Source of the DNA: Macrostomum lignano
Taxonomy: Eukaryota
Direction: 5' to 3'
Assembly (NCBI GenBank): GCA_002269645.1
Contig: NIVC01000016.1
Location: 434,001-498,000 of the forward strand
Length of the DNA stretch: 64,000 nucleotides
In this document: one piece after another, positions 46,656-58,683 of the stretch
How the letters are laid out: the number at the start of each line of letters is the position of its first letter
Position numbering within the stretch: position 1 is the stretch's first letter
The notes under the pieces: model-generated
Told to the model about the DNA's origin: nothing
Databases searched by the model: none
What the model saw: the letters and a program-made list of their open reading frames with translations, nothing else
Translations under genes and position numbers: made by a program

Positions 46656-49600
46656 CAGGCCGCGGATGACCTCGGTTGACTCGGAAGGCCGCGCTACGGC
46701 TGCGGCAGCAAAGTTCAGCACAGCAGGGACACGCTGAGGTCGGCGCGGCGTGCAACGTCGCACTGAGCGGTGGCGCGAACGCAACCGGCGAGGGCGACTC
46801 CGTGGCGCGGCCAGGCGCCTGTCGCTTCCAGTCCCTGCAACTTCAACTATGGATCCGCCGGGTGGCGCCGGGGACCACGAGGCCAACCTTTATCTGGCCC
46901 TAGCTGTACCAGGTGGCCGCCTCAGACTCGGCACGATGAACTGCCGAACTCTGAAGGCCCCCTGGCGTCGCACCATCCCTGTCCAGCTGGACCACGACCT
47001 ACAGCTGGACCTCGTCTCTCTGAGGGAGGTTTCTATCGTGGCTGAGCCAGGGCTCCACTCTGAGGACCTCGGAGCCGGCTGGAGCCTCCTGTACACGTCG
47101 GCAGACAATTGCGGTCGGGGCGGTGTCGGTGTACTGATCGGACCGCGCCTCCAGCAGAGCGTGCACTGCATCTCGCTGTCCCCGCGACTGATACAGGTCG
47201 ACCTGCGACTGCGCGTCCGCTGCATCCGACTGTTCTGCGCGTATGCACCCACCACTGCTCACACCAAAGAGGCTCAAGCCTTCTTCGACTTCCTGGCTGG
47301 GCAGCTGAAAGAGGTGCCAAACCGCGACACGCTGGTGGTGCTCGGAGACCTGAACGCAGTTCCGCGGAGGTCCGAGAGCTCGCTCTATGTCGCGGGACGC
47401 GAGAACGCCAACACCGATGCACAGGAGGACCTGCTTGACCGGCTGGACCTGGTGTCCGCAAACACCCAGTTCCGCAAGCCCTCTGCCCGCCTGGTCACCT
47501 TTGCGGGCTGCAAGAGAAGGCGATAGAACGCACGTGAGCGGAACGCCACGAAGAGACTGGCGCAACTCGATCATGCGCTGGTTCGCACTCGCGAGCGCCG
47601 CCGCGTCACCAACTGCGACACCATGGCTCCGCTGGCTCTCCGGTCAGACCATCGACTTCTGCTCTGCGACTTGCGGCTCCGCGACCAGCTCTACCGACTG
47701 CCAAAGCAGCGGCCACGGCGCTACTATCGCGCTCTGTTGGACACATGCGTCAAGCGACAATTCGCGGGCGCCTTCGTCGGCGCGCTTGGAGACCAGCGAG
47801 AGGCGGAGTATTCCGACATCAGCACCGCCGTTAGAGCTGCTACGGAGCATACGGTCCCGCTGATGCGGCCAGCACAAAAATAGCTGCCTGTCTGGCAGAG
47901 CGACCCGACCATCAGGTAAGCGCCCCTCAACATCGAGCGACTCCGCAGAAACTGGCGACCCACGGGCGACGCTGAAGACGCATTTGAGCGCCTTCTAGAC
48001 GAGCAGCAGCAGGCCGCTGTCGACGACGCCGTTAGGTCCATCACTGCAGCTGGCCCAGACGTGAAGATCCGCGCAGTGTGGACGGCCGTCCGGACCCTGA
48101 CGGGGCGCAAAAAGCGCGTGGCGCTGAATCTGGCCGGTGACACCCCGGAGGAGCGCAGGAACGAATTGCGCGACTTCTTTGCCGGCATGGTGAACGCGCC
48201 CGCGTCGGCGCTGCCCGCCAGCTTTGCGCTCCCACTGGACACGCCGCTCCCAGCTGAGGAGGACTTCTGCACCAGACCAGTCACCACGAAGGACGTTCTG
48301 CTGTTCGCTCGGAAAACATCAGGCGGCAAGGCGCTCGGTCCCAACAAAGTCCCGGTCGAGGCGCTGCGGCTCCGCTGTGTGGCCTCCCAGGTCACAGGCA
48401 TATTGAACCACGTGCTTTCCGGCGCCCCGGCGCCCACCGAGTGGACCGTCGCGCACATCGTGCCGATCCCTAAGTAGGCAGGGACAACGCGGAAAGAAGA
48501 CCACCGTGGGATCTGGCTGGTCCTGCACCGCGAAGCTTTTCAACAGCTCCTCGATCGTCTGCAGTCGGTGCTGGACCCGTATCTGCGGTACTAGTAGAAC
48601 GGATTCCGGCCGCAACGCAGTACAGTGACACAGATCCTCGCACTCCGCCGGGTCATCGAGGATGCGCGCATCTGCCAGTCTACGCTGATTATTGTCTTCG
48701 TTGACTTTCAAAAGGCGTTTGACTCGGTGTTAAGAGCCGCGCTTCCCTTTGTCCTACGAGCCTACCGGGTACCCCAGCAGCTAGTCAATGCTGTCATGGC
48801 ACTGTATTGCGACACTCGAGCTGCTGTGGTGACGGCGGACGGCCTGTCTATCCTGTTTGACACTTCATCAGGAGTTCTGCAGGGCGACACGCTGGCGCCG
48901 TTCCTCTTCGTACTGCTGCTGGACTGGGTGCTTCGGACAGCACTCCCCTCGGCAGACGACGGCTTCCTGCTTCGCATCGGTCGTCGCCACGGCGAAAAGC
49001 GCCTCAGCGTGCTTGGCTACGCCGACGACCTCGCCCTCCTGTCCTCGTCCGTTGAAGGCGCCCAGCGCCAGATCGACAAGCTGGTCGAGGTGGCTTCGAG
49101 CGTCGGTCTGATTGTCAACACTCTGAAGACCGAGGTGCTGACTGTGCCGGCCGACATCCCAGCGGACCTGACGTGCCGCGGCGCAGACGGGCAGACGACC
49201 AGGCTCGCACCCTGCCAGCGGTTCACCTACCTCTGCGGTCTGGTGTCTCACGTGGAGGAAGACCTCCGGCGGCGCAAAGGACTTGCCTGGGTGCCTTCCG
49301 TTCGATCCGTTCTGTCGTCCAATCCGAAGCGCTGCCCGACCGCCAGAGGGCTCGGCTGTGGCAGGCGGTCGTCGAAACTGTCCTGCTCTACAACGCCGAG
49401 ACGTGGATGCTGACGGCTACGCTGGAGCGGCAGCTGGACTCGGCGCACTCAGGGCTGCTCCGTGCGGCCTTTCGAGCTGAGAGCGTCGGACCGAGGCCCT
49501 GTACGATCGGGCCAAGCTGCAGCGCCCGTCCACCATCCAAGGACCACTAGGAACACTTCGTTCTAGTCTAGTAGTCCTTGCTACCATCCTAGGCGTCGAC

Positions 49601-49814
49601 GACTTCAACTGGCGGGCCACGTGATCCGGGCCGAGGGTTACTGCCCCAACCTGTTCAGGACGTCCTGCTGCTCACCCGTTCAGGCGGGGTCAGGTCCAAA
49701 CCCGTCGATACGTGGAATGCCTGCTGTGCGACGCGTTCGGACTTCGTTCGCTCCCAGGCTCTGACTGACTTTGCTTGGGGGGTCGCGCATTTTGTTGTTT
49801 TTGTTGTTGTTGTT
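46656..49814 (+). mobile_element. RTE-clade non-LTR retrotransposon, decayed, with a (TTG)n tail
   Basis: APE: GTMNCRTL, GGVG, YAPT, GDLNA, SDH. RT: NGFRP.RST..QILALRRVIE, FVDFQKAFDS, GVLQGDTLAPFLF, YADDLAL, NTLKTE. Several in-frame stops. Confidence 0.92.
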
Positions 49815-52800
49815 CACTGTTCCAGCCAAGGTCGCAGATTTGGTACATGATCTTCACTTCGTAAAAGTTACCTTAGATTACCTTTAGTATCCTAGCTGGT
49901 GTTTGATGAATCCCTTGGCGGCATCAGATATCGCAGTAAGCTCAAAAAACCTTCAAGAGGTACTTACGGTTTTGCATTTGCTGCTATGAATGATGAGTGC
50001 CTAACAGATCTGGATTGTCGGTAAATTTTACGCGTATAAAGACCTCACGATCGTATACATGTATGCGTCTAAAATGACGGTTCTGATGTTTCTAAAACTT
50101 TTCAATTGCTTTAATTTTTTTCTGTCACGAAATCCTTGGGGAATGAATGCATGCACTTTCTCCACAGTTGCTAAACATCTTCAGATCGGCAGATCGACAA
50201 TAAAAGCGGAAAAAAGACCATTGGATGGGTATAGTATGTTAGCGAGTTAAACTGTTTGTTAGCCAGAAGCGTCGTTCTTCTCCAGCTTATTGTGTGTTGT
50301 ATATTTTTTTCTACTACCTGGTGGCATGCTTTAATGTGGATGCAGTTGATAGTTAAATCATACCAGGAGATAAATATATACCACTGAATTAACATGATCG
50401 AACCCCCACCCTAAGCCCATATTTTAGCAAGAACATATAACAGCCCCTGGGCCCTGGCACTGGGCCACTGGACCTGCAGTTACTCAAAGAAGCCCCTTAA
50501 GGAAAGGACAATCCTTTGTATTGCGTCCATCAAAAGAGTCAACGCCAGAATGTAATGCATGATGCTTGAATAAGGCCAATGCATCGGTATCTACTGTAAC
50601 TAATAGCAAGCTTTATCTGCTAACTTAAGGGCCTCCGATCAGCCACACCAGCATAAGGGCATCAGCAAAAAAACAGTAGAGTGACAGAGCGGCACCTATG
50701 GGTCATTATGAAAAAAATTATGGACCCCCGTGCCACCGACACCCCCTGCACCCTGCTCCACCGGCTTGGCAAGCTCGAGTTCGAGGTTCACTCCAAGCTA
50801 AAGTCGCTATCAGAATACATTCATGAAATAGCAGAAAAGATCCTTTCTATGACCCACAAAACATTCTCATAATTTTTTATGCATGCAGTTAATAGATTTA
50901 CGGCATATTTTGATATTAAATCTCTGTACTTGTTATAGTACTCCAAAATAGTGAGTCATTTTAAGCAGCTGTAATTTTCTACGACATCAAAAATTCTTCT
51001 CTAGGCTTTAATTATAGTCGGTGTGGAGTTTTTATATATATATCTTTGTCAAGCCCTTTTATGCTCAACTCTCCCTGTTTCTTTTAAATATATTTTTGAA
51101 GACACTAATTTATAAGCATAGAAGCGTCTCTTTTATTTTAAAAAAACTTAATTTCTCCTAATGCGATCGTTAAAAAAATAAAAAAATAATTCTTACTTCA
51201 CTTCAGCATCTAAGATTCTCAAACTGCAGACAAAGCTTAATAACTCTAATAGCAATAAAATTAGCAAAGTTAATGATGACCGAGGCAAAGAAATGCTGGA
51301 AGCTGAGTAAGTTAACTATGATTAGCATAACTTTTTGCTGTATAATTTGCATATTTAATTTATTTTCTTTTAGAAGTTAAATACAAGTGTATAATTTATT
51401 GACTTTAGTATGATGCAGTAGAAAGTATTAGCAATGAAATAAACATAAATAGTTTAGGATTGGTCCCTAATTGTATATTTTCAATCAATTTCCTATTGAT
51501 AGCTAATATAGGCTTTGATTTGACTCAATGTGCATGGTGCATAGCCTTGACTTAGGACCTAGGCCACACTTCAGATCATGTAGGCCTAGTATATGCCCAA
51601 AAATTTGGGCATGCATTGGCATTGGACACCAATAGTTAGGCATGCATAATTGGAATATATTACTCCTAAGAAAATAGTATGCTTAATTAATTGCATACAT
51701 TGGTGCTAACCAATTTGGCAATAAACAAATTCAGCAACAAAGTCATTTCCAAGAAGTGTTCATTAATTTAAGGTTTTAGTAGTCTTGTTAGCTAAAACTG
51801 ACTTGGAAAAACAATAAAAGAAATTTTCTTGTATGCCTAATAAGGTCTTTCCATTGGCTATAATACAATGTTAGAAAATAGAAAAATATGCCATGCAAAC
51901 AAAAAGGACAAAATTAAAAAATGTTGAGTGGCCCCTATGTACCACTACATTCTCAAAGATGCAGGATGTCCAATTTAACAATACACTTTTTGGTTATTTT
52001 AATATGTTGGCTTTGTTTCATTAAATTTATAAACTAGGGGCCTATTTTCACGAGCATTTTAAAAAAGCTTTTATTTATATGTAATTTGCTTTAACTTGTC
52101 TTTAGCTATGAAAAGATGTGTTGTATTGCCAAATTTGCCTAGATTGTTGCCAAATTTGCTTTTGCCAAATTTTGTCCATGCTAACTTTCTGTTACCAAAT
52201 TTGTTTTTTTTGCCAAATTTGTATAAATTGGCATGTACTTCATAGAATCACATAGAAAAATTAGTGGTAAAAGATAGAAAGGAGATTTAAAAGTGGCGCA
52301 TGACCAAGACCGCCACACACCAAGACCGCCACAGCTCTTACTGGCTACTGGAATTGAGGGGGAGCTACTAATCTTCCAGCATTGCTATTGGTTGTGATGG
52401 GTTGTGGAGTTAGATGAGGAGGAAGCGTCCCAAGATTGGTCACAAATAAGTGGCCCAAAATGATTGCAAGTCAACCAGGCAATTTTAACAATATCTTTAA
52501 CAAAACCACAATTTGTTACTTTTAGCAGTAGATGAGCATGAATAATGCTTTTGAGAGCAAAAGCTTGAGTAATTAGATTTAACTTCACTTTCAAAAAAGC
52601 GCCTCTCAAAATGCAATTGCAGGTTGCTGTAATTTAAAAAGTTTTTTATGAGCTCGCACATTCGTATATTCGGCGTCTGGGTGCGTAGTGCATTACGGAC
52701 AAACAAATCTAAGCGTCTTGATATGTGCTATAGTATATGGATTTAGAGGTGTCATTCATTTTGACGAAGGTTTACATGTATTTTGACGAAAGCAAGTTAA

Positions 52801-53024
52801 CAACTATCGTTCACTCACATAACAAAAAAAGCGCATCTTAGGCCCAATGCCTATGATATGTTACATGTCTGGAAATGTACGAGCACGAGCACTGTGTGTA
52901 TTTTATTGTGTACTCAAAGCCGGGAATTTCGGAGAAAGCAAAGGGAAGGGATGAGAGTAAATTTACATGCACATGTAATGAGAGAATATATGGAGAGGGG
53001 TTAAGAGATCTTGATCTCTCTCAC

Positions 53025-53158
53025 TCTCACTCTCTCTGTCTCACTCATTTCACACCCACTCCCACACTGACACACTCTCTCACTCTCACTCTCTTACTCA
53101 CTCACTCACTCACTCACTCACTCACTCACTCACTCACTCACTCTCTCGCTTTTAATTC
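53025..53158. repeat. (CT/CACT)n microsatellite (copy at ~61040-61173)
   Basis: ctcactctct and (cact)n runs. Confidence 0.92.
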
Positions 53159-54929
53159 ATTTCTAAATTTCAGGCACTATAATAAATTACAGAATTTTTC
53201 ATACATTTGATCTTTTGCCTCCGATTTTTAAATGCAAATATCCTTTACTCTCACGCATTGCGGCAACTTTGCACAGGTACAGTGTGAGCTACATGTACAT
53301 GCATTTTTTCAAAGGGTACTGATTGATAAATACTGATTTTGACAATTCTGACATCTCTTCAAAATATACCAAACTTCTTGATACATTTAATGTAATAAAT
53401 GTAATACAGAGATGCACGTATGTGCATATGAGTGCAAGGTACATGTACACGTTTTCCAATCTATCTGTGACATTTTTTCTAGCCAATCAGGAATTATCAA
53501 TAGCAGTCAAATTTTTGCAGCTGAAATCACATTCAGCGTTATGCAAAAAGGAAATATTTGTGAAATCAAAAAGCCATTTTTAAAGCACTGCAAACTGTGG
53601 TCTGAGCCTTGCCGCTCGCAAATAAGTATTGCAGTGTGATGCGCTCTGTTTATATTTCGGGAGTCCATGTGGTGGAGATGCTTGAATTAGGTGAAAAATA
53701 TGCAAACTTGAAGATATCAGTGGATAGGGCAGATCAAAGGGAGATTTGCGAACAAATTGTTAGAAAACAATGGTTGCATACTTTTGCAAAATGCTTGCAT
53801 TCATCTGTTAGTACAGTTGTAGCTAGTATTGGACATGCGAAATATGCAAAATACCATAAGATCGGACCAATGGCACAATCATTTTTTTATTTTAGATAGA
53901 CTTCTTTTAGTCCCATCAAAGTTTGCATGTACTTCTGAGGTCATGACCTCATGCTCATGCTGTACTTGGCAGATCCAGGTTTTCGCTTCAGGGACCTCGC
54001 TTGGTTGCACTATTACACATGGGAACACCAACTGCAATATAGATGCCACGCCCACATACGCTCGTACGTTGCTCAGAATTTAATTGAATTCAATCTGATC
54101 ACACTATATTGAATACCCGCAGCTATTTTGGAATATTTGATAGCTATATCTCTAACGCCGGCCCCTCGTAAAAAATCCGTTACTATCCAAATCTTTTTTG
54201 TGCCCTCCTTTTGAACTCAGTACATTAATTGGAACTCACAGTTATATATACAAACAGTTTTTTTAAGCTCGACTCGAGTCCATGCAGTTCAGGGGTTGCA
54301 CCCAGAGGGGGAGGGGTCAAGGGAGGAAAATTCCGGGGTCTGCCCCCTCTTGCCAGTGCCACCTCTCTCCGTAACACACCCCCCCTAAAATTTTTTGAGT
54401 GCGCCCCTCGTTCCGTTTAAGATTTATGGCTTGGTACTTTAAAAATGCACAGCTGTTGCATGTAGCCTATAAGCGATGAATTTCAGAACCTATAAGAGAT
54501 AACAAGTTAAGTACAGCTGTTTTTGTTACTATATGATCTATTCGTGGTAACTGGGTGGAGAGTATTTGCTTCCTGTCTTGATTTAATAAGAACCCTGAGA
54601 CAGTTGGCTAACCAACCAAGCAAGCTGTCAATGCATTCATTCTAAAAAAGTGATAAATTTTTGTTACCTTGCCTGACAATATGCTATTGCTGGAGTAGCT
54701 AATTTATGATAGTGTTATGCAAAGCTGGAAAAGAAGTCGCTTTGATTTAAACTATCAGAAGGAGAGACAAAGATGTAGTAGAGAGGGATCACAAATAGAG
54801 ATGGGGTTGTGTATTGAAATTAAATTTGAACTTTTTTGCGCAAGCTATTCTGTGCGCAGTTTAAACAGTGATTATGCAATCTAGTAGTTCTACCTCATTA
54901 GTACATGCAGATATAGTAATTTTAGCATA

Positions 54930-55160
54930 TTATTAGAGATTTAGTATATTTAGACTAGAGCGCTATGGACAAGCAAACATACAAATCTTAGAGATTTAGT
55001 ATATTTAGATTATGGACAAACATACAAATATTAGAGATTTAGTATATTTGGATTTTAAGAAAATCGGTCAAGGACAGTGAGCTCTAGAGCTTTATGGACA
55101 AGCAAGCAAGCAAGCAAACAAACCTTAGAGATTTAGCATATTTGGATTAGAGATTAAGTA
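54930..55160. repeat. Imperfect tandem repeat ttagagatttagtatattt (copy at ~62945-63175)
   Basis: The motif recurs four times with variable spacing. Confidence 0.7.
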
Positions 55161-55378
55161 TAAATAAGTGCCACATGGAGTTCGGGCTCGAGATGACCTA
55201 TGGAGCTAGCAGCACATTTCACTTTAAGCACGGTGTAAAAGTTAAAGATCTTGTTATTTGCGCTCACAAGCCAAATGTGCCCCCCCTCCACAATCCAGCA
55301 GGGGGTGCAGTGAAATAAAACTGGAGGGGCAGTGGATAAGATGCAAGCAAATTTAGTGAATACGCAGATTTTTTCTTT

Positions 55379-55905
55379 TTTACCTGTGGGCCGCATATGG
55401 ACTGAAATAAAAATGCAGAATATAATGGCATGCAAAAAATGATGGCATTTAGAAGGTAATAATTAATAGCTTTACCTGTGCACCGCATATGGACTGAAAT
55501 AAAAGTGCAGAATATAATGGCATGCGAAAAATAATGGCATTTAGAAGGTAATAATTAATAGCTTTACCTGTGCGCCGCATATGGACTGAAATAAAAGTGC
55601 AGAATGTAATGGCATGCGAAAAATGATGGCATTTAGAAGGTAATAATTAATAGCTTTACCTGTGCGCCACATATGGACTGAAATAAAAGTGCAGAATGTA
55701 ATGGCATGCGAAAAATGATGGCATTTAGAAGGTAATAATTAATAGCTTTACCTGTGCGCTGCATATGGACTGAAATAAAAGTGCAGAATGTAATGGCATG
55801 CGAAAAATGATGGCATTTAGAAGGTAATAATTAATAGCTTTACCTGTGCGCCGCATATGGACTGAAATAAAAGTGCAGAATATAATGGTGTGCAAAAAAT
55901 GATAA
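55379..55905. repeat. 92-bp minisatellite, ~6 copies (copy at ~63395-63920)
   Basis: tttacctgtg recurs at 55379, 55471, 55563, 55655, 55747 and 55839. Confidence 0.95.
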
Positions 55906-56034
55906 TGAGGGAGCTATTTGCTAAGCAAGCAATGAATTGAGATTTATAACTCGATTTAAGTAAAATGGTTAATTATTAAAAGTTTCCACTTGAATCAGGC
56001 AAAATGGAGAGATCACGATCAATTCTGCTGCGCA

Positions 56035-57678
56035 TCATCCTCGCCCTCTTGCTGCCATCCAGGTTGCGCATGAATATGGCTGCAGGCCCGGAGAAATGCA
56101 GCAATCGACATAGTGCCCTCTCTCAGGTGTCGACAGAACAGCTTGGCCTTGATGAACTTGCTGCAGCAGATGTTGCACCTGCTCTGTATCATGCTGAAGC
56201 AGGGTCAGCAGAAGATAGAAATTAAGCGCTTTCTCTCCACGCTTGTTGAGCTGCGCGTGCCAAGCCTCCACGGCATTGTTCGTCCTTGTGAACCGCTCAA
56301 AGACGCAAATGGCATCCCGGTCCCACACAGGGTGCTGTAGCCAGGTTGCACGCACGTATTCCGTTAGCTCTAGAAGGCGCTGATTCTCTCCTGCCATTGC
56401 AGTGCAGGCTGCAAGGCCATCTAGCATGCAAGGAGCTGGCAGACAAGGAATCGAAAGCAGCATGCGTACTAATAACTTTACCGCAGGGGAAGTCGCATAC
56501 TGCACCTGCAATCCAAGAGACTGGACTCGCCTGAAAACAGCCTGGCAGTAATGAAAAAAGCAGCCACGAACTTGGGCTGCTGGATAAACTAGCCGAATGG
56601 CTTGCCAGGCGGCCGACTCAAAGTCGCAGATAAATTGGACAGGTGCATTACCAGTCAACTCCCATACCTGCCGGAAGCAGGCTTGGTAGTCAGCCTGAGC
56701 CTTACCTGACATGAGAAAGAATGCCAGTGGTACCAGACGCTCTTGATTGTCGCAGCAAATGGCTCCATGAAGGCTGTACAGCTGCATGAAAGGCGCCTTG
56801 ACAATGCCGAATGTGCCATCACAGTGCAGAATGCGTTGTGTGGACAGGATCTCCCGTTGTGTTGCAGACATGAAGACAAAGTGCCGTCCATTTGTCTCTG
56901 GAACAGTAACATCCTGCAAATGGAACTCTGGGGGCACGTGCTCAGGATCAACTTGAAAATGGATGTTAGCTGGCTCCGCGGGGCGGCTTTTTTTACGAGA
57001 ATAATTGGCATTGCGACTTAAGGAATCTATATTAATCACTGCCTGCACTTCTTGGGGGAGCTCTCTTACTTTCTCCTCAGCGATGATGCGAGCAGATTTG
57101 AATGGCGCTCGCTTTGCTTCCGCTTTTACCTGAGCTGCAATACGTCGTTTTTTAACTGGCTGATCGACTGGATCGCAGGTGTGCTCTTTCAAGGCTTCAA
57201 TGGTTCCGTCTTGTCGCTTGACGACTGAGCCCAGGCATTTCGGTGCAGTTTTGTTGCAACGGTAGTAAGTGTTGCCGTTTCGCCTGCTCTTGACATGCAT
57301 CAAGCGGCCAAGATCACGCCTGACGTACTGCACCAGCAAGTCTTTGCCGTGGCTGAATCCAGCACCTGGAAAATGCTCAAAAGCCTGCGGAGGTGGGCTA
57401 CGAGGCGGCGCCAACTCTGCTGGAGGCTCGTGAATTGATTCTTCGAGCACAGGTTCAGCGTCAGCGAAATCGGGATACTGAAATAAAAACCTCTCTTCCA
57501 CTTCCACATGAGGGACTGGAAGCAATGGCTCCTCTTGGTCAATAGGCTCACCACCTGGTCCTGATCCTGAAAAGGTTGGCGGCACAGTAGCTGCTGGGGC
57601 AGCTGAGGGTGCAGATGAAGGCACACCTGTAGTTGGCCTAAGGCATCGGTTTTCACAGCCAGAAAAACTTGCGTACAC
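56035..57678 (-). CDS. FLYWCH-MULE (Mutator/Phantom-type) DDE transposase, 547 aa
   Basis: YYRCNK..CLG..EHTC (FLYWCH-like zinc finger); HCDGTF, QLYSLHG, VPLAFFLM, ICDFE, GCFFHYCQA, RTNNAVEAWH. The catalytic residues are intact. Confidence 0.93.
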   Translation of the reverse strand: MYASFSGCENRCLRPTTGVPSSAPSAAPAATVPPTFSGSGPGGEPIDQEEPLLPVPHVEVEERFLFQYPDFADAEPVLEESIHEPPAELAPPRSPPPQAFEHFPGAGFSHGKDLLVQYVRRDLGRLMHVKSRRNGNTYYRCNKTAPKCLGSVVKRQDGTIEALKEHTCDPVDQPVKKRRIAAQVKAEAKRAPFKSARIIAEEKVRELPQEVQAVINIDSLSRNANYSRKKSRPAEPANIHFQVDPEHVPPEFHLQDVTVPETNGRHFVFMSATQREILSTQRILHCDGTFGIVKAPFMQLYSLHGAICCDNQERLVPLAFFLMSGKAQADYQACFRQVWELTGNAPVQFICDFESAAWQAIRLVYPAAQVRGCFFHYCQAVFRRVQSLGLQVQYATSPAVKLLVRMLLSIPCLPAPCMLDGLAACTAMAGENQRLLELTEYVRATWLQHPVWDRDAICVFERFTRTNNAVEAWHAQLNKRGEKALNFYLLLTLLQHDTEQVQHLLQQVHQGQAVLSTPERGHYVDCCISPGLQPYSCATWMAARGRG

Positions 57679-58074
57679 GTTTCATCGCAGCGTACTGCTC
57701 CGGTGTAACGCGACTGTTACACGCACAATGCTGCCATTCGCTACACTGCGAGCACTCAATAGCTTCTTCTCCATTGACAACAGGCTGTACACACACTACA
57801 CATGGGTATGCACCTGCCATTTTAATGATATTTCTTGATCAAAAACTATTTAAGCTCCGATATCAGATAATCAGTTTTTATTGTATAGATATGCTATTCT
57901 AATACAATTATAGATAAACAGAAAATTCAAATTCGGGGCCGTATCAGTGGAGGATAACTGCTATTTGATGAGCGCCCAGCCAATGAGAGTTCTGGCATTT
58001 TTGGAAGAGCGTTTCTTACCCACTGTTTCACCCACTGTTTCACCCACTGTTTCTCACCCATTGTTTCTCGGAGA

Positions 58075-58683
58075 GTGGATAGAGAGTGAGAGTGGAGAGA
58101 GGGTGAGAGTTGAAAGAGAGGCTGAAAGTGGAGAGAGGGTGAGAGTTGAAAGAGACTGAGAGTAGAGGCTGAGAGTAAAGAGAGGCTGAAAGTGGAGAGA
58201 GGGTGAGAGTAGAGGGAGGGTGAGAGTGGAGAGAGGGTGAGAGTGGAGAGGGTGAGAGTGGAGAGAGGGTGAGAGTGGAGGGAGGGTAAGAGTGGAGAGA
58301 GGGTGAGAGTGGAGAGAGGGTGAGAGTGGAGAGAGGGTGAGAGTGGAGAGAGGGTGAGAGTGGAGAGAGGGTGAGAGTGGAGAGAGGGTGAGAGTGGAGA
58401 GAGGGTGAGAGTGGAGAGAGGGTGAGAGTGGAGAGAGGGTGAGAGTGGAGAGAGAGTGAGAGTGGAGAGAGGGTGAAAGTTGAAAGAGAGGCTGAAAGTG
58501 GAGAGAGGGTGAGAGTTGAAAGAGACTGAGAGTAGAGGCTGAGAGTAAAGAGAGGCTGAAAGTGGAGAGAGGGTGAGAGTAGAGGGAGGGTGAGAGTGGA
58601 GAGAGGGTGAGAGTGGGGAGAGGGTGAGAGTGGAGAGAGGGTGAGAGTGGAGGGAGGGTGAGAGTGGAGAGAGGGGAGAGAGC
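58075..58683. repeat. Purine-rich satellite based on the 17-mer gagagtggagagagggt
   Basis: About 600 bp almost free of C on the + strand, ending at the duplication junction. Confidence 0.95.

Larger units (their letters stand above)
50686..58683. repeat. ~8.0-kb tandem duplication, unit 1
   Basis: Sequence from ggcacctatg (50691) recurs at 58684. The offset is 7993, rising to 8015 after a 21-bp and a 1-bp indel. Confidence 0.97.

Noticed and set aside
46658-46850. HDV-like ribozyme at the RTE 5' end (ggccgcg pairing with cgcggcc at 46806-12)
   Set aside because: P1 is plausible, but P3/L3, P2 and J4/2 could not be assigned convincingly; at best degenerate.
46626-49620. Overlapping and antisense ORFs across the RTE element
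   Set aside because: Shadow frames of the GC-rich RTE ORF.
54289-54410. Small CAGGGG...CCCCT element or G-quadruplex
   Set aside because: Terminal complementarity is weak and there is no TSD; a common GC-tract repeat type.
52385-55488. Short ORFs duplicated in both 8-kb units
   Set aside because: AT-rich or microsatellite-derived, no motifs; they recur only because of the duplication.
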